From Octopus vulgaris (Eukaryota), in contig OX597814.1 in assembly GCA_951406725.2 (NCBI GenBank), forward strand, positions 94,550,001 to 94,614,000: a stretch of 64,000 nt of DNA. The letters run 5' to 3'. The translations under genes and the position numbers were made by a program. The notes beneath the pieces are model-generated. The model saw nothing but the letters and a program-made list of their open reading frames with translations, did not search any database and was not told where the DNA came from. Shown here one piece after another: positions 1-16,162 of the stretch; positions within the stretch are counted from its first letter, which is position 1, and the number at the start of each line of letters is the position of its first letter.

Positions 1-92
1 CTGTGTGCTGTGTGTGTGTGTGCGCGCGCGTGTGTGTGTGCGCGCGCGTGCGTGTGTGTGTGCGCGCGCGTGCGTGTGTGTGTGTGTGTGTT
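1..92. repeat. (GT)n/(GC)n compound microsatellite
   Basis: Directly visible tgtgtg/cgcgcg runs. Confidence 0.95.
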
Positions 93-421
93 TGTATGAG
101 TATGTATAAGTACAGGGATGAGTGTAACCACACATGAATACGAACATGTGTTGTGCATACTAATTAAGTAAGAATAAAAATGAACTGTCGTTGTTTTATT
201 TGTTAGAAATTATTTTTTATTGTTTTAAAGCGACAAAAAGATCCTATTATTATGTGAAATGCGTAATTGTTGCTACGTTTACGTATTTGTTTTGTATGAT
301 TCTTGATGTGCATTCCTGTGTTGAAATACTGGATAATACGGATAAGGCTCACGAGGACCACAGCTTGAATTATAAACCGATTTACATACTAAACATACAT
401 ACATATATATATATGTATATA

Positions 422-484
<63 letters not shown>

Positions 485-499
485 ATTATATGCATATAT

Positions 500-1022
500 G
501 GATACAGGACGTCATCAACAGTAAACAACATGAAATACGAAAAGAAATGAGTTAAGTACGCAAAGAACAAGAGAAAAATGGAAGACAGAACAAGTAACAC
601 AAGGAATGACCCTTCATCAGTTGTCGGCTGTCTAGCTACTCTTCACCTTTACTGTTTTCAAAGAAAATATTTCTCCAGCGTTTGGTATTTCACTCTCGTT
701 CTGGTCTTACGACCCTCTATGTTCGTTTTCATTCGGCTTCCTTGTATGTCTCCACACTCCTGTTTTTATTCCCAACTTTCACCCTCCATAAATCCATTTT
801 TTTTTTGTATTTATGGGATGAACACACATACACACACGCACACTTCAAGGACTCATATTGTCATTTAATGCTCGAAATTAGGAGTAGATGGACAGCCAAC
901 AACTGTTGAAGGGTAATTCTTTGTGTTACTTGTCCTGTTTTCCACTTTTCTCTCGTTATTTGTGTATTTAACTCATTTGTTTTCGGATTTCATTTTGTTT
1001 ACTGTCGGTGACGCCTTGTACC
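500..1022. mobile_element. Foldback element between (AT)n tracts, probably derived from a Penelope-like terminal repeat (pLTR)
   Basis: Arm ~503-641 (tacaggacgtcatcaacagtaaac...ctgtctagctactc) is an imperfect reverse complement of arm ~882-1020 (gagtagatggacagcc...gacgccttgta). A CTGATGA/CTGTTGA motif lies in the arms. Confidence 0.7.
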
Positions 1023-1044
1023 CTACTAATATATGCATGCATAT

Positions 1045-1106
<62 letters not shown>

Positions 1107-1197
1107 ATATATATGTATATGTATATATGTATATATGTATATATGTATATATATATATATATATATGTATATATAGATATATGTATATGTATATGTA

Positions 1198-1253
<56 letters not shown>

Positions 1254-1255
<2 letters not shown>

Positions 1256-1578
1256 TGGTTAGAGCGTCGAGCTTACGATCGTGAGGTTGTGAGCTCGAAT
1301 CCCGGACCGGACTGCGTGTTGTGTTCTTGAGCAAGGCACTTTATTTCACGTTGCTCCAGTTCACTCAACTGTAGAAATGAGTTGCGACGTCACAGGTGCC
1401 AAGCTGTATCGGCCTTTGTCTTTCCCTTGGATAACACTGGTGGCGTGGAGAGGGGAGGCCGGTATGCATGGGCGACTGCTGGTCTTCCATAAACAACCTT
1501 GCCCGGACTTGTGTCTAGCAGGGTAACTTTCTAGGTGCAATCCCATGGTCATTCATGACCGAAGGGGGTCTTTACCTT

Positions 1579-1580
<2 letters not shown>
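1254..1580 (+). mobile_element. tRNA-derived SINE with CORE-like central domain
   Basis: Head gtggttagagcgtcg...gagctcgaatccc (box A/B-like), then gtgttcttgagcaaggcactt...tgtagaaatgag. A homologous copy lies on the minus strand at 24800-25140. Confidence 0.85.
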
Positions 1581-1616
<36 letters not shown>

Positions 1617-1872
1617 ATATATAATAAATAATACATATATAACGTTTTCCTTTTTCAATCACTGGACTGTGTCGATGCTGTAGCATATCCTTCAATAGTT
1701 TAGTCAAATAAATCGGTTGCAGTATTTTTTAAGATCTGATGCATATTCTATCATTTTCCTTCGCTGAACAGCTAAGATACAGGGACGTATCATAAACTCA
1801 AAGACACACACACGCATACACACACGCATACATAAGCACACACACATACATACATATATATATATATATATA

Positions 1873-2396
<524 letters not shown>

Positions 2397-2424
2397 TATA
2401 TACATATATGTATGTGTGTGTTTT

Positions 2425-2670
2425 GTAAGCTTAGTACTTATTCTATCAATCTCTTTGCCGAACCCCTAAATTACTGGGCGTAAACACACTAACATCTGTT
2501 GTCATGCGATGGTAGGGGGACAAACACAGACACACAAACATATACGAATACTATATAGCATACTATACGAAGGGCTATAGTAGAAGATACTTGCTGAAGA
2601 TGCTGTGTAATCGGATTGAACCCAAGGCCACATGATTGCTAAACAAGCTTATCCACCATACACTCACGCT
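2425..2670 (-). mobile_element. Fragment of abundant tRNA-derived SINE (family of 49131-49490)
   Basis: agtacttattctatc...ttgccgaac...aaacacagacacac...gctatagtagaagatacttgc matches the 49131 copy. A further fragment lies at ~1630-1790. Confidence 0.75.
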
Positions 2671-3441
2671 TGTGACTATTCACAGATACGTGTGCGCTTC
2701 ATATTTGTGTGCGCAAAAGAGCGGAAAGAAATTAACGTCTTTGGAGTCATGTCTGATGTGTTATGAAAATATCGTTGTCTCTAAGAAAATTACAGCTGCT
2801 CTGTCCGTGATTAAAAGTATAATATATCATAAACACATGATTGGAAACTGCCCAAATATGAGCGTTTATAGAATTGATGAGATTTTAGCATCATCAACAT
2901 CATTGATCCTGGCAATACAATTTCTTCAGAGTGGAAGGAGAATCTTGCTCACAAGCTGAGAAACCAAGATAAACTCACTCTGCCGTTAATCTTGTCCACC
3001 GTGTCTTATTCATCGTAAATTCAAATGAACTATATTTTTTATCCACGTTTTATAATCCTATTAATATTCCGAATGAGTGCAAATGGAAATGGAACTTTAA
3101 TTTATTAAACGGAACATCAATTTATTAGCATACAAAAGTGTCGGTACATTCTTCGCGACAATGCTGAACATGTCTGTTAGCACCAAACTTCGCTAAAATA
3201 ACAGTAAAGGTAGAAACAAGAAACGCCCTATAGTTTATGGCAAATGCACATCCATCTATCTACCTATGCGTGTTTGTGTGTGCGTGTGTGTGTTTTTATG
3301 TATGTATGTATGTATATATATATATATAAAAACTGTACTGGGAGAAGAAGAAGGAACGAAACGAAACGGAACGAATCGAAACGAATCGACGCGAAGGCGC
3401 TCAGTCATACAATAGTATAATAAAAAAAAAAATATATATAT

Positions 3442-3655
3442 ATTGTTATATTTAGGAATGGTTATTTTGGCAGTTTAGCCAATAAAAACACACGCACTAT
3501 ATATTTGTACAAGAGTGTGACGAAAGAACTCTGGCCGAAATAAGATTAAGATTAATGTAAAAAATAAATAACACTGAAGCAAAATAACACCAAATATATA
3601 GTGCGTGTGTTTTTATTGGCTAAACTGCCAAAATGACCATTCTTAAATACAACAA
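3442..3655. repeat. Foldback element with ~65-bp arms between (AT)n tracts
   Basis: ttgttatatttaggaatggttattttggcagtttagccaataaaaacacacgcactatatatttg, with its reverse complement at 3591-3655. Confidence 0.85.
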
Positions 3656-3714
3656 AATGTTTCAACACACGGTTTCACATCAAAAATCTTGTAAAACAAA
3701 TATCTATCTATCTA

Positions 3715-3816
<102 letters not shown>

Positions 3817-3883
3817 TGAATATATACACCTACTTACATGTATATACTACTACATCGATCCATTCTGAAATTTATGATATGCA

Positions 3884-4850
3884 TACGCAGTCTGATCAAC
3901 AAGTATCCCACTGTTACCATGGTAACGAAGCTAAAGCACGTAGAGGGAAGCCACAAATTGGCCTCTAACTCTGCTGTGCATGTGCGCAACATTCTATCGT
4001 ACTAACTCACTTCCGCCGATTACAGCAGTGTTTGGATGGAAAGTGTGTAGCGAGTGATCGTCGCATTGACCACAAGAGAGAAAGTTCTGCTGAGAATCTG
4101 CACCAAATTTTGCCGGAAGTTTGGCGATACCTGCTCAGTGACCTACGAAAAGTTACTGAAAGTGTATGGAGAGGAGTATATGAGCCGCACACAAGTGTAC
4201 GAGTGGTTCAGACGTTTCCATGATGGCTGAAAAAATGTCGATAATGACAAACGTTCTGGGAGAACTGCTACCAGCAGAACTGAGAAAAACATCCGTGAGT
4301 TATCAGAGGCTGTGCAGATTAGGTACGGTTGAGTTCAGTCCATTAACACTGAAGATTTGGGTATGAAACGGGTGTCTGCCAAGTTTGTGCCAAAACTGCT
4401 TTTAGCTGAACAAAAGGACACTCGGGTTTCAGTTGCACAAGATCTCCTTGATTGTATCGAGAATGATGAAAACTTTTTTTCAAAACAGTCATAACGGGTG
4501 ATGAATAGTGGGTCTATGGCTATGACCTCGAAACAAATGCTCAGTCTTCGCAGTGGAAGACCCCAACATTTCTCAGCCCGAAGAAAGCACGAAAGTCGAA
4601 GCAATGTAAATGCATTGTTGATCGTTTTCTTCAACTACAAGGAGATTGTTCATCGTGAGTATACCCCGCCTCACAGTAAACAAGGAGTACTACCATGACG
4701 CTTTGCGGCGTTTGTGGGATGTTATTTGTCAGAAAAGACTACAATTGCATGCGTCCGATGGGTGGTAATTGCACCATGACGATGCACCTGCCCATTCAAC
4801 GCAACTTCCGCAACAGTTTTTGGCTAGGCACAGCATTCCCCAGGTACTCA
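3884..4850 (+). pseudogene. Decayed mariner transposon (transposase pseudogene, 3' truncated)
   Basis: TIR-like tacgcagtctgatcaacaagtatcc. Manual translation gives RICTKFC...YEKLLKVYGEEYMSRTQVYEWFRRF, LGMKRVSAKFVPKLL, ITGDE*WVYGYDLET, LIVFFNYKEIVHRE and LHHDDAPAHS, with stops and frameshifts. Confidence 0.92.
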
Positions 4851-6689
4851 GTAAATCTATGATCAAACAAAACTTGTAAGTCGATGATAGAAATAAACAA
4901 AAACTTGTGAGTCAATGAGGGATTCTATAGGGAGCCAGTATCATGCTAGTTATAGCAGCCAAATTCCTTTGAGATCACGCTGTACCGTTTTAAAAAAGAA
5001 ACGGCACATTTGACGATGTTCTTCAAAATAAGAAAAACGAAGATGTATATTCGAACTTTAATATTTTTTATTTAATAGATCAACTCTATTGCTGCTAGTC
5101 TGGGGATGATTGACATAACCTTGCAAACTACTTGGCCGCTCATCCAGCGACAAATATTATCCAAATATTCTTCGTGTGATATCATCTTAAAAATACAAAG
5201 TGCACTATGTGGTGCAAGTTATATTTTGCCAAAGAACGGCAGGATGGTCATATTTGAATTTTTTCTTTCTAATGTCTGCACGATAAAGCCGACATAGGGT
5301 TAACGTCAACTAGATCTACAATAACACGTTGCACAAACTGTCTTTTTAATACTTTTACTGTGAGGTGTTTATATACAAAACGTATACAGTGGGTCGTGCG
5401 ATTACTTCTAGAATTTCTTGCGTTAAATATAAAATAAATGGAGTCTTTAGCTTCATTTCTAACATACAAACACACCAGCAAACATATACGTACACAATCA
5501 ATCATATATATGTCTGTGTATATGCAGGTGTGTCTATGTGTGCATATTCATGTGTTGGGGCGTTAGTGCATAGCACAAAATGTAAGAAGATTATTCATAG
5601 TTGTAGCTTTTAGAGAGAAGTTTCAGATCTCATAATGAAGCTATGTGATGTTAGGAAGGTTAAAACAGTCACATGCTAGAATATAACATCTCCAACTGTC
5701 TTATGCTTGCTTCAACAATAACACGCAATATCTACTTTGAAATCATTATTATAAGTAGGCTATTAGCTTGATGAGTGTGTTGAGGCATAGCTCTTTTGAA
5801 CTTTTACCAAGTCATTAAGAGAAGATGATCGAAAGAGCAAGCAAGAAAACCGGTGAGTGAAAAGCGAAATAATGAATGTGAGAAAGAGTATAATAAAATA
5901 TAAAAAGAAACAGACAGACAACTACAATGTTCAATTATAATTCTTCGGGCCATTATCTTTAGAGATGAAATCTTGATTTAGTAATTAGATCTGTAAGACG
6001 ATTCGATCCTCATTTGTCTTATTCTTTTTATGTATATAACACTGAACTGGTTTCGGATTCAAATCTTATTTTGGTGATGCTCTTTTCCGTAGGCCACTGA
6101 CGCATGTACAATTGATGTTTTATCCTAAGGTTATTTAGTTTATACTTCATTATATGCAATCAAATTGAGCTGGACATATTGAGGGGGGTCAGCAAGCTCT
6201 TTGTAAGATACTACTTTGATTTTTCTAAGTTTGAAAACAAATTGTGAGGGAGAAACTATGAAACCGCAAGAGGTAAGAACCCCAAATCAGAGAAGAAACA
6301 TCTAGTCAGGAATGGCTTTACGTATGTGGTGCGAAAAAAGAAACTATGTGTATAGAATTTCAATAATACATTAAATACCTTAGTGGAAACATAGAGAATT
6401 TAAACCAGCAGTACATATAGAGCTTCCTAATAACCCAATCTTAAGCACAGCACTGACATCAGATTAATACAGCACTCTTGACTGAAAAATTAATTTAACC
6501 TAAAAGTATTGTATTGTACATGCGTCAGTAGACTAATGCAGCGGTTCTCAAACTGACAAATTTATGAGAAGGCAAAGTAGTGTTTGCATCGATATAAGTC
6601 TTCTTTATGCTCTTTTGTGTTGGAAAATATAAAATATTGGAAGTACAATGCACATAATTAAACCGAAACAAGATATATATAGAGAAATA

Positions 6690-6899
6690 TTGATTTCAAA
6701 TTTTGGTACACGGCCAGAATTTTCGGGTGAGTTGATTATATCGGCCCCCAATTTTCAACTGGTACATATTTCATCGACCCTGAATGGATGAATAGTTAAG
6801 TAGACCGTGGCAGAATTTGAACTCAGAAAGTGAAGACGAACGCAATGCCGCTAAGTATTTTTGCCCAGCGTGATAACAAGTCTGCCAGCTCGCCGCCTT
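6690..6899 (-). mobile_element. tRNA-derived SINE with Meta-domain-like core
   Basis: Reverse complement of the family pattern ggcggcgagctggcaga...ctgagttcaaatt...ttcatcc...gtcgat...gtaccag, repeated many times in this window. Confidence 0.85.
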
Positions 6900-7847
6900 A
6901 ACATGTAGAGAAATATAAAATATAATAATGTTGGTTATGTTTCATGATAAACTTATTGATTTTTGAGTAGAATTCTTAGCATGTCACCTTTTAAATTTCC
7001 TGTTGACAAATTTTATACTTACTTATGTAGAAAATTCTTTTTCACAGAAATCAGTTGACCAACATGAAAGCAGCGTTTGTATTGGATAAGGCAATTAGTC
7101 CACTCACTTTTTTAGTCTTCATAGAATCAAAAACACTGGACTAGTGTTTAATGGCATAAGTACCCATACCTTAGAAATAAGAGCTCCAGAAATAAATTCA
7201 TTCTTATAGTATCTGCAAAAACTGACTAAAACACCTGGTAGTCGAAGCGGGAACAAATAAAGAAAATACTGTAGGCGCCAAGATGAAAATATGTTCTCAT
7301 TCCACATGAAATCTGGTACATGATCACATTCCCCATCAAAAATAATAAATATCTTTTAATGAAGTGTTATATATTCTGATTTAGACATGCATGTATATAT
7401 GGTGGAGCTTCAAATGATGTGCTTCAATCCTCCCATACAACAGCTCGGATGATCAAGCGGAATGTTGGAAGATCGATATTATGGCGGCAACGTTAATGAT
7501 ATAACGGGATTATTCGATGAGATATACGTATATGGGTATCTATGTAGCATGCTTTGTTGTTGTTGATTATAATGAGGATGTTTTGTTGTTTTATGTTACC
7601 AATCGTCTTTCCTAGCATGCTACCAATCTATGGCTTTGAGTAAACCGAGTAATTTAGAGTTCCCATTTTACAAATATGAATATTTGTCAGAGTAAAATTT
7701 CAGCAAATGATCAACATCAATGCCATAACCGTTCTGCATAGGTAATCTCGATCAGTTTATTTTGTTTTCTATTTTACTCGATGTAAATATATTTCTATTT
7801 GGAATATCCCCTGCATAACTAAAGAAAATACCAAATGTACATTAATA

Positions 7848-8062
7848 TTGGTCTTAAATTTTGACACTAGGTCAGCAATTTGAGGAAGAAGCTAAGTCGA
7901 TTACATCGACCCCAGTATTCAACAAGTGTTTATTTAATCGACCGCGAAAGGGTGAAAAGCAAAGTCAACCTCGGCGTAATTTGAACTCTGAAAGTAATGA
8001 CGAACGAAATGTCACTAAGCATTTTGTCCGGCATGCTATCAATTCTTCAAGCTCGCCACCTT
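7848..8062 (-). mobile_element. SINE, same family as 6690-6899
   Basis: gtcgattacatcgacccc...aaagcaaagtcaacctcggcgtaatttgaactc...gctcgccacc. Confidence 0.85.
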
Positions 8063-8184
8063 TAAATTTACATTAATATTAAATGCTACTTTCGCCATCA
8101 GCCACTGTACAAATTTGTACTGTGATTCCTTTGGAGCATTTACAACGTACATAGTAAAGTTTATGCTTATACAGCGAGATAATT

Positions 8185-8376
8185 GTTTCTAACTTAGGCG
8201 CAAGACCAGCATGTTTTAGAGGAGGTAGCTAATTGAATAGATTGACTTCATCTCGACCCCGGAAGGAAGAAAGATAAAACCAATCCCAGCAGGATTTGAA
8301 CTCAACGTAAACATCCAAAAGAAATAACTAATGTATTTTTCTGGCTGTCTAACGATTCTGCTCTCTCGCCGCCTTA
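8185..8376 (-). mobile_element. SINE, same family, degenerate
   Basis: cgaccccggaaggaagaaag...gatttgaactc...ctcgccgcctta. Confidence 0.75.
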
Positions 8377-8419
8377 GACAGAGAGATCATATTAAAACAC
8401 CGAAATATATTCGCATACT

Positions 8420-8612
8420 TGTTTCTGTCATTGAACTGTGGCCATACTGAAACACCGCCTAAAATGAGTTTTCGTCGAACAACTCGAGTTTGAGATTCAT
8501 TCTTTTGACTTCCTTTGCCGAACTAACGGCTTCCTTACGGGGATGTAATCAAACCATAACCAGTTGTCAAACGGTGGGAGGTGACAGAGCGACATAAAGA
8601 CGCGCACAAATA

Positions 8613-8649
<37 letters not shown>

Positions 8650-8961
8650 TTTCCGATTAGTAAATTCATTTCGAAGGCATTGGTCAGAAGACACTGGAAG
8701 ACATTGCCCCAGGTGCTGCTAAGTATTTTGCCCGGCGTGCCAACAATTCTGCCAGCCCACCGCCTCATTTAGTTAATATTACTAGCCCTGAAATTTTTGA
8801 GGAGGGAGCAAGTCGATTACAACGAACCCTGTGCTCAACTGGTACTTATTTTATCGACTCTGAAAGGATGAAAAGCAAAGTTGACCTCGGCAACATTTGA
8901 ACTTAAACGTATTTTAAGCATTTTTCCCACCGAGCTAACGATTCTGCTAGCTCGCCGCCTT
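8420..8961 (-). mobile_element. Cluster of SINE fragments from two families
   Basis: 8420-8715 resembles the 49131 family. 8716-8766 and 8785-8961 resemble the 6690 family. Confidence 0.75.
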
Positions 8962-10387
8962 ATTTAGTATAGATATTATCAATTGAATAATATGATTTTT
9001 CTCAACTCATGATTATTTCATGTTAGAAATTGCAATTTCCCCTAGCACAAAATGGATTAACGTTAACTTAACTAAATGGTAATGTGTTTGATCGCTATAT
9101 TGAACAAGTTGATGGACTGCCCACAATTTCTTTGATTGACTCCCATTTTATATATTTGCTTACAAATGGTTTTTAAGTTAATCATACATCAAAGCAGCGC
9201 TACTACAAGTCGACATATAGCCAGTGATATCTATATATAAATGATAGATAAGCCGAAACTGTACATACTTTTTCATTTTTATGATAAAACGAAATTATAA
9301 ACATAATTATAAACAGACCACTTTTATCATTCCGTTGTATAATCATAAGATATATTTGACTGTTATTATGCCGAAGTTAAAATATGAGTAAAATATTATT
9401 CATACGTAGTCAAAATTGGACTGAATTTTGTGCTACTAATTATTATAGTCACCGTTTCATGAAAGTAGCTTATTTACTTTGTACTTACGTATGCGAGAGT
9501 AAAGCTATTGTCGTTCAAACATTTCATGTCATTTTTCACAGACGTAGCTTATCTACGAAGAAACAATGTGTAAAACTGAACCGATTACTTGATATTCAGA
9601 CAACTTAATAAAAATCTGTTTCCAAAAGCAAAATTAGCTCAGTGATTATTAAAGCCTCTTACTTTCAGAAGATTCTGTAATATCAGAGCAAACATTCTCC
9701 CCGCCTACTCGTATCATTGACTATCACCCTTGCTCCCCATATATTATTGATCCTCAAACCAAGCTAACATCTTGTGCTTTGAATCAGATAACTGGTCGGA
9801 GCTACGTTATTTATACGCTGGCTCTTATTGGCAGAAAATTTACTGCAACTCTGACAAATATGAGATAACTAAGATAGTGAATAACATAATTCACTTGCGT
9901 ATGTCCCTTGACGTTCTCCATACAACTAAAGCTTGCAATCCAAAGATACCTAGGTGACTCACAAGCAAACCTGCTTACAACACCGTTATCAATTCATCTA
10001 TTATCAGCAACCTTGAAGCATTTCTCCACCATCACAACTTTTAGATATAAATTATCATGAAAGCTATGTGCTCTTTCATAAATTACTTGACTAGCAGGGT
10101 CTCTTGCCAATTAAGATTGCATTCAGCTCGTCATGAAAATCACCTCCAAATTTGTATAATTCCTCTGCTTTGTACACCTCTGTCGATATGAATTCTAAGT
10201 ATACTACTTTGCCGATAGAAGCACAACATTTTCTTGCTTCCGACACTATACTGTATACCTCAGTCCCGCATGTCGCGCTACTGATTATATGCACTCTTCA
10301 GGTCAGAAACTATTCCGGTCAATTCACTTTAACAATGCAGCCTACCCAAATAATTTCCAATATAAATAAACTTCTGATAGTGAACGC

Positions 10388-10973
10388 TTAACTGGTGTTT
10401 ATTTTATCGACACAGAATGGATGAAAGGAAAAAGTTGTCCTCAGCGGTATATAAACGCAGAACAAAAAGAGCCGCCGGAATCACTGCGGCGCATTCTGTT
10501 TGAGGTGCTAACAATTCTGACAATTGATAATAATGTTTTCGCATTTTGGTGCAAGGCCAGCAGATTCAGTGGAGAGGCTAAGTAGATTACAACGACTCCA
10601 ATGCTCAACTGGTGCATATTTTATCGTCACTTAAAGGACGAAATGCAAAATCGACTTCGGCAGCGTTAGAACTCAGGACGTAAAGACGGCCAAAACACCG
10701 AACAGAATTTGCCCAGCGCGCTAAGGGTTCTGCCAACTCGCTATATTAATAATGATAATAATCCATTCTACTAAAGGTACGAGGCTTGGAATTTTAGGGA
10801 AGGGGACCAGTTAATTACATCGACCTGGGTATTTCACTGGTTGTTAATTCATCGACTCCGAAAGGATGAAAGGCAAAGTCGACCTCAGCGGAATTTGGAC
10901 CCAGAACGTAAAAGCGGACGAAATGCCGCTAAGCATTTAGCCCGGCGCAGTCACGATTCTGCCAGCTCGCCGC
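10388..10973 (-). mobile_element. Three head-to-tail SINE copies (6690 family)
   Basis: Copies at ~10388-10522, 10535-10742 and 10765-10973, each with a tcgac...aaggatgaaa...gtcgac-type core. Confidence 0.85.
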
Positions 10974-10992
10974 TAATAATAATAATAATAAT

Positions 10993-11378
<386 letters not shown>

Positions 11379-12049
11379 GAGATGGACAATAATAATAATA
11401 AATAATATAATATCTATAAAAAGCTGCCCAGTCCTGGCTAAGAAGGAATATATTCACAGACATGACAGAGTTGGAACTTACATACATTGGAAGCTATGCC
11501 AACATTATGGAATAACAACAGAAAAAAGATGGTATAGGCACACACCAGAAAAGGTCACAGAAAACGAGAAAGCAACCATACTCTGGGATATGCCGATACA
11601 CACAGATAGAGAAATTAAGGCCAACAGACCAGATATAGTTGTCAGAGACCATGAAGAAAAAAATGCTTTCTAATTGATGTATCAGTACCGGCAGATGACA
11701 ACGTGTCTCTAAAAGAAATGGAGAAACTCTCAAAATACAAAGACCTGGAAATAGAGGTAACTAGAATGTGGAATCTGAAAACAGAAACAATTCCTATCAT
11801 AGTAGGTGCATTAGGCATGATAAAAAAATATTCAGACAAATACATAACAAAAACACCAGGACTTACAAACACATATAACATACAGAAAATTGCACTACTA
11901 GGCACTGCACACATCCTACGCAGAACACTTTCCATACAATAACCATCAGAGCATCACAACAAATCACAGCACATACCCAAGGCACACAGAGCTGCGCTCG
12001 GTAGTGAAGTGAAAGCACGCTAAAAAAAAAAAAATAAAAATAAAACTAC

Positions 12050-12344
<295 letters not shown>

Positions 12345-13021
12345 CTGCAGAATATGTGGAGATGGACAAGAAACAATAAATCATATTATCTCTAGCTGCC
12401 CAGTCCTGGCTAAGAAGGAATATATTCACAGACATGACAGAGTTGGAACTTACATACATTGGAAGCTATGCCAACATTATGGAATAACAACAGAAAAAAG
12501 ATGGTATAGGCACACACCAGAAAAGGTCACAGAAAACGAGAAAGCAACCATACTCTGGGATATGCCGATACACACAGATAGAGAAATTAAGGCCAACAGA
12601 CCAGATATAGTTGTCAGAGACCATGAAGAAAAAAATGCTTTCTAATTGATGTATCAGTACCGGCAGATGACAACGTGTCTCTAAAAGAAATGGAGAAACT
12701 CTCAAAATACAAAGACCTGGAAATAGAGGTAACTAGAATGTGGAATCTGAAAACAGAAACAATTCCTATCATAGTAGGTGCATTAGGCATGATAAAAAAA
12801 TATTCAGACAAATACATAACAAAAACACCAGGACTTACAAACACATATAACATACAGAAAATTGCACTACTAGGCACTGCACACATCCTACGCAGAACAC
12901 TTTCCATACAATAACCATCAGAGCATCACAACAAATCACAGCACATACCCAAGGCACACAGAGCTGCGCTCGGTAGTGAAGTGAAAGCACGCTAAAAAAA
13001 AAAAAAATAAAAATAAAACTA

Positions 13022-13252
<231 letters not shown>

Positions 13253-13253
13253 C

Positions 13254-13823
13254 TGCAGAATATGTGGAGATGGACAAGAAACAATAAATCATATTATCTC
13301 TAGCTGCCCAGTCCTGGCTAAGAAGGAATATATTCACAGACATGACAGAGTTGGAACTTACATACATTGGAAGCTATGCCAACATTATGGAATAACAACA
13401 GAAAAAAGATGGTATAGGCACACACCAGAAAAGGTCACAGAAAACGAGAAAGCAACCATACTCTGGGATATGCCGATACACACAGATAGAGAAATTAAGG
13501 CCAACAGACCAGATATAGTTGTCAGAGACCATGAAGAAAAAAAATGCTTTCTAATTGATGTATCAGTACCGGCAGATGACAACGTGTCTCTAAAAGAAAT
13601 GGAGAAACTCTCAAAATACAAAGACCTGGAAATAGAGGTAACTAGAATGTGGAATCTGAAAACAGAAACAATTCCTATCATAGTAGGTGCATTAGGCATG
13701 ATAAAAAAATATTCAGACAAATACATAACAAAAACACCAGGACTTACAAACACATATAACATACAGAAAATTGCACTACTAGGCACTGCACACATCCTAC
13801 GCAGAACACTTTCCATACAATAA
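13254..13823 (+). pseudogene. Uninterrupted 189-codon zinc knuckle plus restriction-like endonuclease frame (array unit 3, no initiator at its 5' end)
   Basis: An A8 run at gaagaaaaaaaatgc keeps the frame from CRICG to RTLSIQ*. Includes listed ORF 13470..13823. Confidence 0.85.
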
Positions 13824-13928
13824 CCATCAGAGCATCACAACAAATCACAGCACATACCCAAGGCACACAGAGCTGCGCTCGGTAGTGAAGTGAAAGCACG
13901 CTAAAAAAAAAAAAAAAAAATAAAACTA

Positions 13929-14216
<288 letters not shown>

Positions 14217-14893
14217 CTGCAGAATATGTGGAGATGGACAAGAAACAATAAATCATATTATCTCTAGCTGCCCAGTCCTGGCTAAGAAGGAATATATTCA
14301 CAGACATGACAGAGTTGGAACTTACATACATTGGAAGCTATGCCAACATTATGGAATAACAACAGAAAAAAGATGGTATAGGCACACACCAGAAAAGGTC
14401 ACAGAAAACGAGAAAGCAACCATACTCTGGGATATGCCGATACACACAGATAGAGAAATTAAGGCCAACAGACCAGATATAGTTGTCAGAGACCATGAAG
14501 AAAAAAATGCTTTCTAATTGATGTATCAGTACCGGCAGATGACAACGTGTCTCTAAAAGAAATGGAGAAACTCTCAAAATACAAAGACCTGGAAATAGAG
14601 GTAACTAGAATGTGGAATCTGAAAACAGAAACAATTCCTATCATAGTAGGTGCATTAGGCATGATAAAAAAATATTCAGACAAATACATAACAAAAACAC
14701 CAGGACTTACAAACACATATAACATACAGAAAATTGCACTACTAGGCACTGCACACATCCTACGCAGAACACTTTCCATACAATAACCATCAGAGCATCA
14801 CAACAAATCACAGCACATACCCAAGGCACACAGAGCTGCGCTCGGTAGTGAAGTGAAAGCACGCTAAAAAAAAAAAAAATAAAAATAAAACTA

Positions 14894-15163
<270 letters not shown>

Positions 15164-15164
15164 C

Positions 15165-15734
15165 TGCAGAATATGTGGAGATGGACAAGAAACAATAAAT
15201 CATATTATCTCTAGCTGCCCAGTCCTGGCTAAGAAGGAATATATTCACAGACATGACAGAGTTGGAACTTACATACATTGGAAGCTATGCCAACATTATG
15301 GAATAACAACAGAAAAAAGATGGTATAGGCACACACCAGAAAAGGTCACAGAAAACGAGAAAGCAACCATACTCTGGGATATGCCGATACACACAGATAG
15401 AGAAATTAAGGCCAACAGACCAGATATAGTTGTCAGAGACCATGAAGAAAAAAAATGCTTTCTAATTGATGTATCAGTACCGGCAGATGACAACGTGTCT
15501 CTAAAAGAAATGGAGAAACTCTCAAAATACAAAGACCTGGAAATAGAGGTAACTAGAATGTGGAATCTGAAAACAGAAACAATTCCTATCATAGTAGGTG
15601 CATTAGGCATGATAAAAAAATATTCAGACAAATACATAACAAAAACACCAGGACTTACAAACACATATAACATACAGAAAATTGCACTACTAGGCACTGC
15701 ACACATCCTACGCAGAACACTTTCCATACAATAA
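15165..15734 (+). pseudogene. Uninterrupted knuckle plus RLE frame (array unit 5)
   Basis: Same as unit 3. Includes listed ORF 15381..15734. Confidence 0.85.
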
Positions 15735-15841
15735 CCATCAGAGCATCACAACAAATCACAGCACATACCCAAGGCACACAGAGCTGCGCTCGGTAGTGAA
15801 GTGAAAGCACGCTAAAAAAAAAAAAAATAAAAATAAAACTA

Positions 15842-16162
<321 letters not shown>

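Noticed and set aside
191-1334. YI/YV/TH-rich ORFs here and throughout the window
   Set aside because: They are dinucleotide and tetranucleotide microsatellite artefacts.
9660-10380. Possible very old LINE RT fragment
   Set aside because: The resemblance is only vague, and no diagnostic motif could be read.
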